Positions 48,054 to 61,406 of a DNA stretch of 64,000 nt are shown in pieces (within the stretch, counting starts at the first letter, position 1; each line of letters begins with the position of its first letter). The notes below the pieces were generated by a model. It worked only from the letters and a program-made list of their open reading frames with translations, was not told where the DNA came from and searched no databases. This DNA is from Veleropilina oligotropha. Its lineage: Eukaryota. A program made the translations under genes and the position numbers. The DNA lies in assembly GCA_048128005.1 (NCBI GenBank), contig JBEUKZ010000009.1:62001-126000 (forward strand). Reading direction: 5' to 3'.

Positions 48054-49001
48054 GATCGCCAGGAGAACCCGTCTGCTGAGACCAGTTAGGAACAACTCGG
48101 ACTGATCGCCAGGAGAACCCGTCTGCTGAGACCAGTTAAAAACAACTCGGACTGATCGCCAGGAGAACCCGTCTGCTGAGACCAGTTAGAAACAACTCGG
48201 ACTGATCATCAGGAGAACCCGTCTGCTGAGACCAGTTAGGAACAACTCTGACTGATCATCAGGAGAACCCGTCTGCTGAGATCAGTAAGGAACAACTCGG
48301 ACTGATCATCAGGAGAACCCGTCTGCTGAGACCAGTTAGGAACAACTCGGACTGATCATCAGGAGAACCCGTCTGCTGAGACCAGTTAGGAACAACTCTG
48401 ACTGATCATCAGGAGAACCCGTCTGCTGAGACCAGTTAGGAACAACTCGGACTGATCGCCAGGAGAACCCGTCCGCGGAGACCAGTTAGGAACACTCAGA
48501 CTGATCGCCAGGAGAACCCGTCTGCTGAGACCAGTTAGGAACACTCGGACTGATCGCCAGGAGAACCCGTCTGCTGAGACCAGTTAGGAACAACTCGGAC
48601 TGATCGCCAGGAGAACCCGTCTGCTGAGACCAGTTAGGAACAACTCGGACTGATCGCCAGGAGAACCCGTCCGCGGAGACCAGTTAGGAACACTCAGACT
48701 GATCGCCAGGAGAACCCATCTGCTGAGACCAGTTAGGAACACTCGGACTGATCGCCAGGAGAACCTGTATGCTGAGACCAGTTAGGAACAACTCAGACCG
48801 ATCGCCAGGTGAACCCGTCCGCGGAGACCAGTTAGGAACAACTCAGACTGATCACCAGGAGAACCCATCTGCTGAGACCAGTTAGAAACAGCTCAGACTG
48901 ATCGCCAGGAGAACCCGTCTGCGGAGACCAGTTAGAAACAGCTCAGACTGATCGCCAGGAGAACCCGTCCGCGGAGACCAGTTACGAACAACTCAGACTG
49001 T
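48054..49001. repeat. 50-bp minisatellite, about 19 units, apparently SINE-derived
   Basis: (TGATCGCCAGGAGAACCCGTCTGCTGAGACCAGTTAGGAACAACTCGGAC)n. Confidence 0.95.
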
Positions 49002-49114
49002 TATTTGAACAAATAATGCTATGCTGTGGATTTGAATTACACAACGGGTGACCACGACATAAACTTGTGATTTATGACTTCATGAACAGTAAATCATGAT
49101 CGTATTTTTTGTAG

Positions 49115-49177
49115 ATGACATGAAGCATCCTTTTGATCCTTCCATAGAGAGCCAGGACCCGGATCACCAAGACTCGG
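49115..49177 (+). CDS. LRP11: LRP11-like exon 6 (63 bp)
   Basis: TTTTTTGTAG acceptor, G|GTAAAT donor, open phase 1-1. Confidence 0.65.
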
Positions 49178-49373
49178 GTAAATATGCTTTCATCAGCTCC
49201 TCTCTCCGATTGAAAGAGCATTTTGTTATATAATTCTGCCTGGTTTCACCCTTTGTTGATCTACATTTGATGAAACCCAATAACCAGTTACCAGATTATG
49301 TAAAGGGATCTCGACTATTCTGTCAACTGGGATAATGTGCTTTAATGAAATCATTAGTTTATTTGTATTCTAG

Positions 49374-49834
49374 GTGAACGCAAAGATGGCGGTTATATGG
49401 AGTCAAATATGAATGATGGTGGAACGAGCAACAATGATGCCAGCGACATGGAGAGCCATGAGGCCGGAGATGGCGCCGTGAAAACGTCTTCAGCAAAGGA
49501 CAACACAGACGGTCAGGAAGCTGATGCAGCACGCCAAAATGCGCACAAGGAAATGAGCATTTCACCCCGGGCTACAACTAGCCGTCCCCCGCTGGTAAAG
49601 AAAGGGGAAAAGGTTGAAATAAAGTTAAATGAGTTTTATACGCAGAAGAAGATCATCAGCCCCACTAGCAATGCCCAGGGGCCCATTATTGCCCTATCCT
49701 TGGGATTAGGGATCACATTTTTCTTGTTGGTTATTGTCGGTTGTCGTTTCAGAAATATGAAAAGACGCCTACGGAGAGGTAGGCCTGTGCACTCAAATGA
49801 AGCTGATTACTTGATAAATGGAATGTATTTATGA
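49374..49834 (+). CDS. LRP11: LRP11-like last coding exon: transmembrane helix and cytoplasmic tail
   Basis: IIALSLGLGITFFLLVIVGC TM, basic stop-transfer, C-terminus EADYLINGMYL characteristic of LRP11. The summed exons (2691 bp) are in frame. Confidence 0.92.
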
Positions 49835-52800
49835 GAGCGCACAAATAACAATTATGTATGGACGTAATGTCTTTTTGGACCAGTTACATTATTAATAGAA
49901 TTTACTGTCTAGTTTTAATAGAATCGTTTGTTTTCAGAATAACTAACACATTCACTGCCAGGGACGAGATGTCGCTTGCCCAATAAAATGGCACTGCATG
50001 TACATAAAGGCATTGAACGTGTTAAGTGATCAAAGCACTTATTCTCTTTATTCGATTGGACTTGTGATAATTTTGAGTTTCTACTTAAAATTGGTATGGA
50101 ACATGACTACAATGCTGCTTTAATTTGTGTTCTTTGTAATTGTGTTAATTAAAGCTGTATGATAATAATGTTATGAAAGTGCAATATATTTTATTGTTTT
50201 TCACCTAGAAGGCATTGGACTGTACTTAGAAGTTGATATAATAGTGATGAGGACCTAGGGGTTCTATTACACTGCATATTTTATATGGTTCGTGTCATTT
50301 CAATCTATCTTAGTAGTAGAATGACAATAACGTTCTCGAATAAATTGCATGGCAAATTGTGCACCTTGTTTCTGAAGTAATGGTGCCAGTTGGCATATGA
50401 ATACAAATAAAATTGGTGAAGATTGTGTGCTCACTCTGAAACTTTGAAGTACAGTGAATTTCTGTGTTTTGTACTATTATCTACAGCCCTGACAATGTAT
50501 TACTGTAATGGGATGGAATATGGCTTCTTTTCCTGGACTATTTGTGGAAGGACAACATCATTGAAGTTTGCATTCATGTCATTAGTACTTTCATGTGATA
50601 TTTGCATTATCTATCTTTATTTTATTCCATATTAATAATTATTTCTCTCGTGATGATGGTCAGCTCGTGGCTGGTGATCATCTGTTATCTGAAGCTTGAA
50701 TATTTGGTGCACTTGCCAGATATCAATATGGCGTACATTCCCACTAAATTTATATGAAATATATTAAATTGACATATTTTTTCACAGCGATTATACATAT
50801 TGTATATAACCTGTACAAATATATTTGTTTTTTTGACTCCTTTTAGAGATGTTTGCTTGTTGTGAAATGAAGTTGTTTACAACTTACATTTTTTCTCAGA
50901 CTTGCTTTTCATTCAAGAGCTGTGTCCTTGTTTGTTATTCAGGCACCCTTTCATTGATGCGCAGATCTGTTTAGATTCTTAACACAATTTGATCAGTTGT
51001 TTAAATTGTCACATCACTCTATAGATATATTTTGTGAAATGCCTATAATTTTAGAATATTAATTAAATCTGAAATTGTTGACAGTAATCATTGAAAGTAC
51101 ATTTCATGGAAGAAATTTTTCCCGCTTTTTGTTACTTTATTTAGGTAGGGTATCTTATATACCTCGAGTATCTCTATAGGAAACAAATGCTAGTCGTGTA
51201 TGAGATATTATATTATTTGTATATGGAATCAATAATTTATATGTGTTAATGTGTCGTGCACATATAGTCATAGAAAAAATTTAAGTTATTTATTTCAATT
51301 TTGTTATCTTATTGAAGGCTCGCTATTGCGAGTCGCGTTGTACATTATGTTATTGCTTTTATTTATGCTAGGCTGAATTTCATTTACATAAGAATTAAAT
51401 AAATAGTATGAGATTGTAAAACAATTTAATTTGAAAATATCTAAAACAAAATGTAGAACTATGAAATGCATGCTGATAGTCTCGTAGAGTTCTGAATAAG
51501 GTATTTCTCTGCCTCATGCAGCATGACAGCACTAATTTGCACTGCAATATGTATGTCAGCTTGGCTTTGAAATGAAGTCTATTCCACTAACTTATCATTA
51601 TGATGAATTGATGTATTATGTCACAATCTCGCACCATCACTATTCTTCACAGTGTAGAATCATGTTGTATATATTTGTTAAAATATGAAAAAATAGCACG
51701 ACATCCATTTCATATGTATGACCATTTACATACATGTATAAATGTTTAAATTTGTTTGTTATTATCATGTTTAAACATGACTAAAGTAATGAAAATAATG
51801 ATATTAAAATCCGTACCAGCTGTGCACTTGTATTTGCAACGTGCGCTATCAAATGCATGCTTTAGTTGATGTACATACTTAATACAGTGTAAGACTAGAT
51901 CAATGTAACTGCCGTAAAGAAGACATCTTAATGAATCGTAATTTCATATTGTTTTGGCATGTATCTGACTTACAACTGTCTCATAATTCGTATTATATAT
52001 GAATGCATGCATGTGACACGGTGTTCACTTGAAAAACACAAGTAAATTGAATGTATTGAAAACAGTGCCAAGGTATATACTTTTTTATATTCATTAAATT
52101 ATTTCATTTATGTTATATTTCCATGCTTATGTTAAATGTGATTATAATTTCCATCGTGTTCCTTTGGTATTAATTTAACATAAGCAAACTCGTACTATAT
52201 ATATATATATATTACTGTTCTTTACATGATTAGAAATTAGGAACAGTGTTGTCAGTTAATATGTTACTTGACAATATACATAATTGTCAATTTGTTACAT
52301 TCCTTATTTGAATATTGTTTATTTCAATCTTACATTTTTAAAATTTTGTATGACGTTTGTATGAAATCCTATGTAATTTATTCTCTTATGATCAAAATAT
52401 TATTGTATACACAATCAGTAACTGAGACCAGGCTATCCTTGCATAATTCAGACAATTCCTGGCGATATTCCTGTAAATTGCAATCCCCATTATGGCAGCA
52501 TTCAATGGCAGATTCATCAGCGTTCCAGGACAAATGAGCATAATACGACAATACCACCACTCTTTAATCATGTAAATACAGTTACTGTATCAGTATTGAA
52601 TATCAGCAGCAAAATTATTTCAAATGAGTACATGTACGTGAATGTCTAATTTATATCAAAGATTAATATATGATACTTTTCAATATATACTTGTACACCT
52701 ATCATGATATTAACACTTAAAGTCAAGGTATGCATTCAGAATATCGCATCTACATAATATATTATTTATAAGCGATCAGTGTTTGTGTATTTTTTATTTC

Positions 52801-55593
52801 CTTGTTATTCACACAGTCTTTTTGAGGATATTTTGCATCTGTCTAGATACAGATGCCAGTTTTGTCGGCACAGTACGCTGTATGTTTATTCCTTGTTTTT
52901 GTCATCTGTTGCCTCCAATAGGACCAATTGTTGTGCAATCAGTGACGTTATATGGATACATGTGATATATTATGTTGTTGTGCACTGTTTTTCAGTGATA
53001 ATAAAATGTACATCGTAAAATACTGCAACTTATTTTGAGGTCTAATGACCAAGGACCAGGAGTGCTTATGCAGGGTTAGAGATACACATCCAAATAACGC
53101 TCTACCAGTTGAGCTATCGAGAACAGTCACATATGTATAAAGGCCTTTTGTCCATGTTCCCCTCCTGTTTGGAAGAACAGCAACGAAAAAATTTGGTTCT
53201 TTTAAAAATGGCAGATATTTTCAATATTGAGCAATGGAAATCATTCTTTAATTCCACACAGGCAAGATAGACTTTTATAGAAATGTAATGCAAAGTAGGG
53301 AAATTGTAAATTAGACTGGATACGTATTCCTTTATATTGGTAATACAGGCAGATTAGTGAACATGGTAGTCATTGTAGTGTTGTGAAAAGCAGATATGAT
53401 AGATCAGCAGAATTCCCTCTGCTGCGAGTCTTGCTGCTCACGGGCCCGCTTTTATATCCAGTATTTGATTACAAATTCAGTTAACGACGATGGAACGATT
53501 CAACACTGAAGATTAATCGAGATCCTGAGGCACCAGCTCTCACCTTTGAATTGACTTCCTTTCACTTCTGGATTCACAACATTCGGATTCACTCACGGAT
53601 TCATCAGCCGTTGCTTCCGGCTTTTACCTTCTTGGGTAGTTTGCACTTTAGTGGGCCCAATATGATCATCCCTGTTTGAAGATCATTGGTTGCTATGGGC
53701 TGTTCATTTCACTTTAAGTTGCAGTCATATACATTTCAGAGGGACAATAATGGAATAACTGTTTAATTTTATAGAATTATCCACATTTGTGATGATTTCT
53801 GGTGATTTTTGTATCATTTAATGAACGTAATTTTGTGTTTAAAGCGGACCATGCACGATCATTATTATTGACAATCCTATTGCTTCAATAATTATATATT
53901 GAGAACATTAATTTTTGCCCCCAAAGACACAATATTAATGTCCCCCGCTGCCTATCGGGCAGACGGGGGACATAGAATCTGCGTCCGTCCTTCCGTCCAT
54001 CCCGGATTTTCTCACATCTTTTTTTGCCATTTAGAGAAATGTGAGCTTTCCGAAACTTTACAGATGAACTAACCACATCATTGGGTAGATCAAGTTCGAA
54101 TATTGGGATATTTGCAAACTTTTGGCTTTTTGGCGACTTTCGGTGAATTTGAACATAACCTCTGGAAGCATGGGTATGGTCAATTTCTCACATTGTTTTT
54201 TTCCATTTAGAGAAATAATAGCTTTCTGAAACTTTACAGATTTACTAACCACACCATTGGGTATATCAAGTTCGAATATTGTGAAATTATTTAAAAACAT
54301 TTCTGGTGATTTTTCAGGACTTTTGAACATAGTCTCTGGAAGCATGGATGTGATTTTCTCACAATTTTTGTCTCGCCCGTAGGGAAAGAGACATCGGTAT
54401 TGCTTTTCCCCATCACCCCCCACCCCCACCAAAGTTTAATTATTGCGTTAAGGTTTTGCGTATTGTTTCCAGATGATATATAGATCTTTCCACTACAACA
54501 TACATCATTCAATTGTAAACTTCACTTGTATAAACCTGTTAATACTTCAGAATTGCTTCACCTCACCCTCGCCCCCCCCCCCTAAATTTTTTTATGAAAA
54601 TGTTATTTTATTTAATTATGCCTTGAAATATTGAGGATAGAAAAGAAACAGAGATATTTTTTAAGTATTGTGTTTGTACGGTGAAAGGGACGTGCTTATC
54701 TGTAAGACTTGCTCACTGCCAACAGGCACAGGAAGCTGTTAAACTTAATGGTCACTCTGTGGAGATGGGATTCTTAAAATCAGATGGATTTTTTTAAAAC
54801 TGGCTTCCCCACTGGTTTATTCCATGGGTATCTTGAGATGGCAGTTTGTATTGTCATTTCAAGAACAGACTGTATCCATGGCCAGTGTCTAATATCATTC
54901 TCCTCAGGTGGTCAAGGTTCACGTCATTGTGTCCCTTGACAATAGGCCGTCATACTAGGAATTTGTCATGGTTTAGCTGCTGCAAATATATTTTATCTCG
55001 AGAATTTACCGTTAATAATAAGATTTGTCTTTATTTCTCTTTCTCTGAAACTCCAAGTCCAATAACTATATTAGGATCAGCATTGCATAGGTAGTACTTG
55101 TGAATTCTTGCTTTACAAACTGAAAATATGGCCCCTTTCAAGGTAGCCAGGGTGGGCGAGACATGTAATTCTGCGGAATTTCTTGTTTTCATATTGAGAA
55201 TTTGTAGCTTTCTGAAACATTACCGATCAATTAATCACATCATTGGGTTGATCAAGTTCGAATATAGGGAATTATGAAAACCTTGAGGTTTTTCGTGATA
55301 TTGAATATATAGTCCCTGGAAGCATGGATGGTGTCAATTTTCTCACAACTAACTTTTTCAAATTAGAGAACTGCTAGCTGTACGAAGCTGTCATGGAATA
55401 GATCAAGTTTGAATATGGGGCTGCTTCGACAGCTGTGTGGACTCAGAAAAATCATGGCTTGATTCTGCTAATGCAAACAGTATTGCCACTGTGGGTTCAA
55501 ACCCCGGCTGGGGCATGACATTATTTGTTCAAGTTAGGAATCACAGTTGTCCATAACTGATCCAAGAGGGCGGGCCTTACTCCCGCGATAATA

Positions 55594-58500
55594 ATAATAA
55601 TAATGAGAGATTTATATAGCGCAAGATCAGGAAAAGGATTCTAGCACTTTGCGCTTTACAATGATTGAATCAGAACAATTAAACAGACAATGATAAACAA
55701 TATTCATTTACAAGACATACATATTTTATAGCCGACGACACAATTAATGAAAAAGTTGATAGATGCGAGATTTTCAGTTTATGAGAAATGTTTCCGGAAC
55801 AAGTGTGTTTTGAGAGATCTTTTGAAAGTTGCTTTGTCTTCGATGTAACGAATAACAACAGGAATTGAGTTCCATTGGCTTGGAGCAGCAAATATACACC
55901 GAGAGTAGATCTGACAGATATTGAGGTAGTGATTGATCGAAATAAGCATGGCACAGAGTTGATAATTTATAATCTATTCTTGCTTGAACTGGAAGCCAGT
56001 GAAGAGAGTGGAGCAGGGGCATGACATTATCGTGCTTCCGAGCTTTTAGAATTAGTCTAGCGGCAGAGTTTTGAATCTTTTGAAGTTTTTCAATTATGTA
56101 CTTTGGACAATTAGCCAATAGAGAATTGCAATAGTCCACTTTAGAGAGAACAAATGCACATACAAATGTTTTAGTTGCTTCAGTTGATAGAAAGTGCCGA
56201 ATAGAACTCGGGCGACGAAGTTCCAGGAAAGCAGACTTACATATACTCATTATTCAGCTTAAGATTGTTTCGTGTCATCCACAATTTCACATCAGTAATG
56301 CAGGTCTGCATGCAATGGATTGTCGGATATATCATGTCCTTATGGCACGACTTAAGCAGTTGGGTGTCATCAGCAAACGACTGACTGTGAATGTTATGAC
56401 TCTTGATTAAATTTGATAGCGGCTTTGTATACAACACAAACAGCACAGGACCCAGAACAGATCCTTGTGGAACCCCAAAGCAGAGTGGCACAGACTTTGA
56501 GGAATGGTCGCCGACAAGGACAGTCTGTGTTCTGTCTGAGAGGTATGACCGAAACCAAGCAAGAGCGGTGCCCGAAATTCCATAATATGTTTGCAATCTA
56601 TTAAGGAGGATTGTGTGATCTATGGTATCGAATGCAGCAGATAGATCCATAAGAGTTAGGACTGACACATCACGTCCATCCAGTGCTGACAGAATATCAT
56701 TTGCGACTTTAAGCAAAACCGTCTCGGTACTCTGATATGGGCGATAAGCTGATTGCTCTGGACTGAGAAGGTTGTATGAGTTCAGGTACGTAAAGATTTG
56801 TTTAAGGACAATTTTCTCGATAATCTTGGAAAGAAAAGACAGGTTTGATAATGGTCGGTAATTTTTCAGGTTTTCTTGATCCAGTGAGGGTTTTTTAAGT
56901 TTAGGTTTTATTATGGCCTTTTTGTAGATGGAAGGGAAAATGCCATTAGATAAACTGTCGTTTACAATCTTGGAAATAGCTGGAAGCACAGTATCGAGAC
57001 AATCTTTGAACAATGGTGTTGATTTTGACAACATTATAATTTCCCTCAGTTCGGTTTCAGATATAGGCTGAAACGTTAAGAACTCTGATTGAGAGCAACC
57101 TTCGAAATCACCCGGTGAGGGTGTAGTTGATACTTGATTGTCTAGTTCAGTGCGAATGTCAGCTACTTTTCTAACAAAGAAGTCGCAAAATACGTCTGGA
57201 AGCTGTTGAAAAGAATAAATAGAAGGAAGAGGGGAGACTTTCTGAAGACCACATATCCGATTGCAGGCATTAAATAACTGCTTGCTGGAGGCACTGACAG
57301 ATATTTCATTGCACCAGTATTTGGTCTTGGCATTGTGGACTAAGCTAATCACGATCTGCTTAGCAGCAGTATAAATTTGTTTATGGATTTCTAGCCCAGA
57401 TTTTAACCATTGGCGCTCTGCTTGCCTTCTACGTCGTTTAGCAGCACGAAGATCATCTTTAATATCTGAGAACCATGGCGATGATTTGTCGGACCGCCTT
57501 TTCCGACTGGTAACAGGGGCATGACTGTCGATGGTGAGTTGAAGAGCGCAAAAGAGATTATCAGCAGACGCAGATGTGAACTGAGATAGTGCATTGGTCA
57601 AATCAGTTTTAAAAGCTGGTAAGTCAACGTTAGTAAGCTGTGTGCATTTGTGTAGACAGGTTGTTCATTGATAGTATCAACATCCAGAGTACAAAGAACA
57701 CAGTAGTGATCCGAACACAAGGCTTGTGAAAACAATGTTGTTTGAAGAACGCCATCATCTGGTCGTCTATGCATTACCCAGTCAAGAAAATGGCCTCGAA
57801 CATGGGTGGGTTGGTAAACCGCTTGAGCTTGCGGTGGTGGGATTTGTCGGACGATCGTAGTGTATATTTATATCACCAAGAAAAAATGGGATGGTATTTC
57901 TGCTGTTACAAACATCGAGAAGTTCATGTAAATCAGTGAGAAACATTGCATCAGTCAATTTGTTTTTCTTGTTGGGTGGTGGGCGATAGATACAGAAGAA
58001 CTGTAGGCAGACATGTGAAAAGGTGAGAGTAACCGATGCACATTCGAAGGACGGATGTGAAAAGAGTAAGTCAGAAGTGACCGAAATATGACTGGATAAC
58101 TTAATTCGATATATTACAGCAATTCCACCGCCGCGAGAAAGGCGGGGATAAGATTTTATAGAGTACCCATCGGGGATTAAATCTGCACATTTCGCTTCAT
58201 CTCCATGTTATCTAAGCCATGTACGTCTCGGTTAGGAAAATAATATCAACTTCAGTGTCATTCAAAAACTCTGCAATTTCAGTGCGTTTTAAGGTAGATC
58301 CGACAGAACGAGCATTGAAAAGGGCAATTTGGATTGGAAGATGGATTGGAAGAGGAAGACATAGGAACAGAAATGATGTTTGAAGTAGGGCCTCGAAAGA
58401 CATCACAAGAGAGGCACGAGGTAATCCCGTAAAAACGCTTATTTTCCTTTGCTTTCGTCTCCCTGACCCAGATCGATGCGTTCGAGTTTTCGGAAGGTTG

Positions 58501-58947
58501 CAGCCAATAGCAAGATTCTTAAGTATATTGGCAACGTTGGAATTTAGAGACGAAGCCTGCACACTCACTATAGTCAGATTTCATGACGTCACGTTCAAAA
58601 TGCCTTGCATAAAACTTCTTACGCTAAGTATCTTAGGAAATATTGCATTATTTCCTTACATATTTCAGACTGCTAGGTAGCTTCCTGCCTCAAATATTTC
58701 AGGAAATAATGCATATATTTCCTATAAGAAGTTTTACGCAAGCCATTTAGAACGTGACGTCATGAAATCTCAGACTTGAGGAAAATCTCAACTTAAGTAT
58801 CTTTATGCAAGCGTGTGTAGCTAACGCGACGGTTGAACAATGCTCCTGTATACGGTTCGGTGGCGTGAGCGAAACAATAGATATAGCCGTTGACCTGGCT
58901 AACGCTGGTGTACAATCAGGAAACAATGGAAAGTATTTACACTTTAA
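55594..58947 (-). mobile_element. Degenerate L2/CR1-group LINE (APE endonuclease + RT), inserted in a SINE
   Basis: FNARSV..IFLTET endonuclease start. NYRPLSNL, DLSAAFDTIDH, GVPQGSVLGP, FADD, LHSLHWLPV. (TTA)n tail. GATAATA flanking repeat. Confidence 0.9.
58572..58776. mobile_element. Palindromic MITE inside the LINE 5' region
   Basis: AGATTTCATGACGTCACGTTC... / ...GAACGTGACGTCATGAAATCT with internal inverted symmetry. Confidence 0.8.
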
Positions 58948-59091
58948 GATAATACGGACATGTCCTGGTTTGAACCTAAATAAATTGTAAATATACAGGA
59001 CAAGCAGCATTGATCCTTTCCTTTTTCCTTTTCGAATATGGGGAATGATTTTTAAAAATGTATTGATTTTTTGGCGATTTTATGCATAGTG

Positions 59092-59355
59092 TGGGCCGCT
59101 TCGGCAGCGCAGTGGGCAGAGTGTCCACTCTAAATTCACTGGCTTGATTTCGCTAATGCGAACAGTAGTGGGTTCAATACCTAGCTGAGGCATTGAAATT
59201 TGTTCAAGTTATGAATCACAGTTGTCCGTGACTGACCGAAGAGGGCGGGTTTACCCGAGCGACCGGGGTTTCCTCCCGCGATAACAAGGACATGTCCTGC
59301 CTTGAACCTCAATGTTGTAAATATACAGGACATTAAGCATCCTCCCTCCCTCCCT
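59092..59355 (+). mobile_element. tRNA-derived SINE, family 1 (full length)
   Basis: GGGCCGCTTCGGCAGCGCAGTGG head, GGTTCAATACC B box, (CCTC)n tail, TSD TTTATGCATAGT. Confidence 0.88.
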
Positions 59356-60249
59356 TTTATGCATAGTCTCTGCAAGCATGGATGTGGTAAATTTTCTCGC
59401 ATGCAATTGTTTCATTTACAGAGATGTTAGCTTTCTGAAATTTTACAGATCAACTAACCCCATCATGGGGTAGTTCTAGTTCAAATATTGGGGATTTTTT
59501 GAAACTTTGATTAATTGCTGAATTTTGTTGATTTAACACATAGTCTGTATGAAATTTATCAATTTTTTCACAACAAAATTTTCCATTAAAGAAATGTTAG
59601 CTTTCTGAAACTTCACAGACCAACTAACCACAATGTGATAATGGGATGGATAAAGTTCGAATAACGAGAATTATTTAATTTACTTGAAGTATTTACACTT
59701 TAAGAGTCTCTGGGTGCATATCTATCTCTGTAGCCTCTGGTGTTAGGAAATCTTGCTTAATTAATGAATTCTCATTGAGTTACTGAATACACAGCGGGCA
59801 AAAATATATATCATTATATGTGGTCAATAATACGGGCGAGGGACAATCGACACTTAGTGGCAATCACTTGTTGCACATTAATTTCAGAGGAAATTCCATA
59901 GATGCTTGCTTAATAGATAGTTTACTTATTATGTTTCTGTTGATGGAATAGCCTTTTAAATTCACGTGATTTATATCATGTAGGCACAAATTTTAAAATA
60001 TTTGTGTGATTTCCACTATATCATAGCACTCTTCCTTGAGATGAATGCAAAATGACAGCCGATAGACTGCGGGAGCCCAGGTAATGGCAAACACTTTTGC
60101 TTGTGGAAAGATATTGTCCGTTCTAGATCAAAACCTGTTCTCGATCAACTTATAATGCCACTGTTGTGATTTTTGAAGAAGGGTTGTATTGATGCTTTCT
60201 TATATAAGTCTTTTATTGCTATTTTAGGCCCATGGTACCATATAGGACT

Positions 60250-60626
60250 GTCCGCTTCGACAGCGCAGTGGGTAGAGTGTCCACTCTAACTTCACTGGCT
60301 TGATTCCGCTAATGTGAACAGTAGTGGGTTCAATACCTGGCTGAGGCATTGACATTTGTTCAAGTTATGAATCACAGTTGTCCGCGACTGGCCGGGTTTA
60401 CCCGGGCGACCGGGGTTTCCCCCCCCGCGAGGTTTCCTCCCGCGATAACAAGGACATATCCTGCCTTGAACCTCGATGAATCACAGTTGTCCGCGACAGG
60501 CCGAAGAGGGCGGGTTTACCCGGGCGACTGGGGTTTCCTCCCGCGATAACACGCACATATCCTGCCTTGAACCTCGATGTTGTAAATATACAGGACATTA
60601 AGCATCACACACACCCCCCCCCCCCC
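60250..60626 (+). mobile_element. SINE family 1 with internal ~110-bp duplication
   Basis: TSD CCATATAGGACT. ATGAATCACAGTTGTCCGCGAC..GAACCTCGATG occurs twice. Confidence 0.85.
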
Positions 60627-60971
60627 CCATATAGGACTACATGCATCAGACATAATTGGGGCGTTAAATTTCTTTCTTCACATCTTTGATGCGTTCTCTT
60701 ATTTCTCCCCGTATTTCTTCAGCAACTGCTCATTATGAAGCTGTGCGGTTGCTGTAGTCATCAAATTTCACAATCCATAAAGCTAGAAGTTGCTCTTACA
60801 ATAATTAATTGCATTGTGATATAAAACTATGTTCATCTTTCCTTGCTTGTGGGGTCATCATTACCATACGACGCTAGCCGAAAGACTGAAATATTATCAA
60901 TAATCTGACGAAGCAACACTAGCGATCAATATTATTGTAAACCCGTCAATAAATACCTAACATTATTGTCA

Positions 60972-61406
60972 ATACTAGCATTGGTACCCGTCTTCGACGG
61001 GTAAGTCCCCCCACCCCAATTTTTTTTTTTTTTTTTTTTGATAGTGCTCCCTTAAATTTTTTTTTTTTTCCCGAATTTTCCGAATTTTTTTCGTGGTAAA
61101 CCTTCCTTGGGGGACCCCGATTAACCCCCCAAAGTTTGAAGGTCTTAGGTCAAAGCGTCTGGGAGGAGTTCAACTTGAAACAGACAGACAGACACGCACA
61201 CAAAATTATTTATATGAAAAGATATAGTAAATTTTTTTTTTTTTCGCGAATTTTCCGAATTTTTTTCGTGGTAAACCTTCCTTGGGGGACCCCGATTAAC
61301 CCCCCAAAGTTTGAAGGTCCTAGGTCAAAGCGTCTGGGAGGAGTTGAACTTGAAACAGACAGACAGACAGACCCGCATACAATTATAGCTCCATTATATT
61401 AAGATT
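60972..61406 (+). repeat. Helitron/HINE-like element with two ~180-bp direct repeats and (GACA)n
   Basis: ACTAG start, hairpin TACCCGTC..GACGGGTA, duplicated CGAATTTTCCGAA..GAAACAGACAGACAGAC. Confidence 0.55.

Larger units (their letters stand above)
53936..59872 (-). repeat. HINE-like satellite-bearing element(s) interrupted by SINE and LINE insertions
   Basis: Hairpin ATGTCCCCCG..CGGGGGACAT, (CGTC)n, and recurring ~150-bp unit TTAGAGAAAT..GCTTTCTGAAAC..ATCAAGTTCGAATATTG at 54.0-54.4, 55.2-55.4 and 59.0-59.7 kb. Boundaries approximate. Confidence 0.5.

Noticed and set aside
48054..49001. 50-bp array as CRISPR or coding repeat
   Set aside because: No spacers, unit not a multiple of 3, intronic and SINE-like.
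59092..59180. tRNA genes
   Set aside because: A/B boxes are SINE heads with body, tail and TSD; no convincing cloverleaf.
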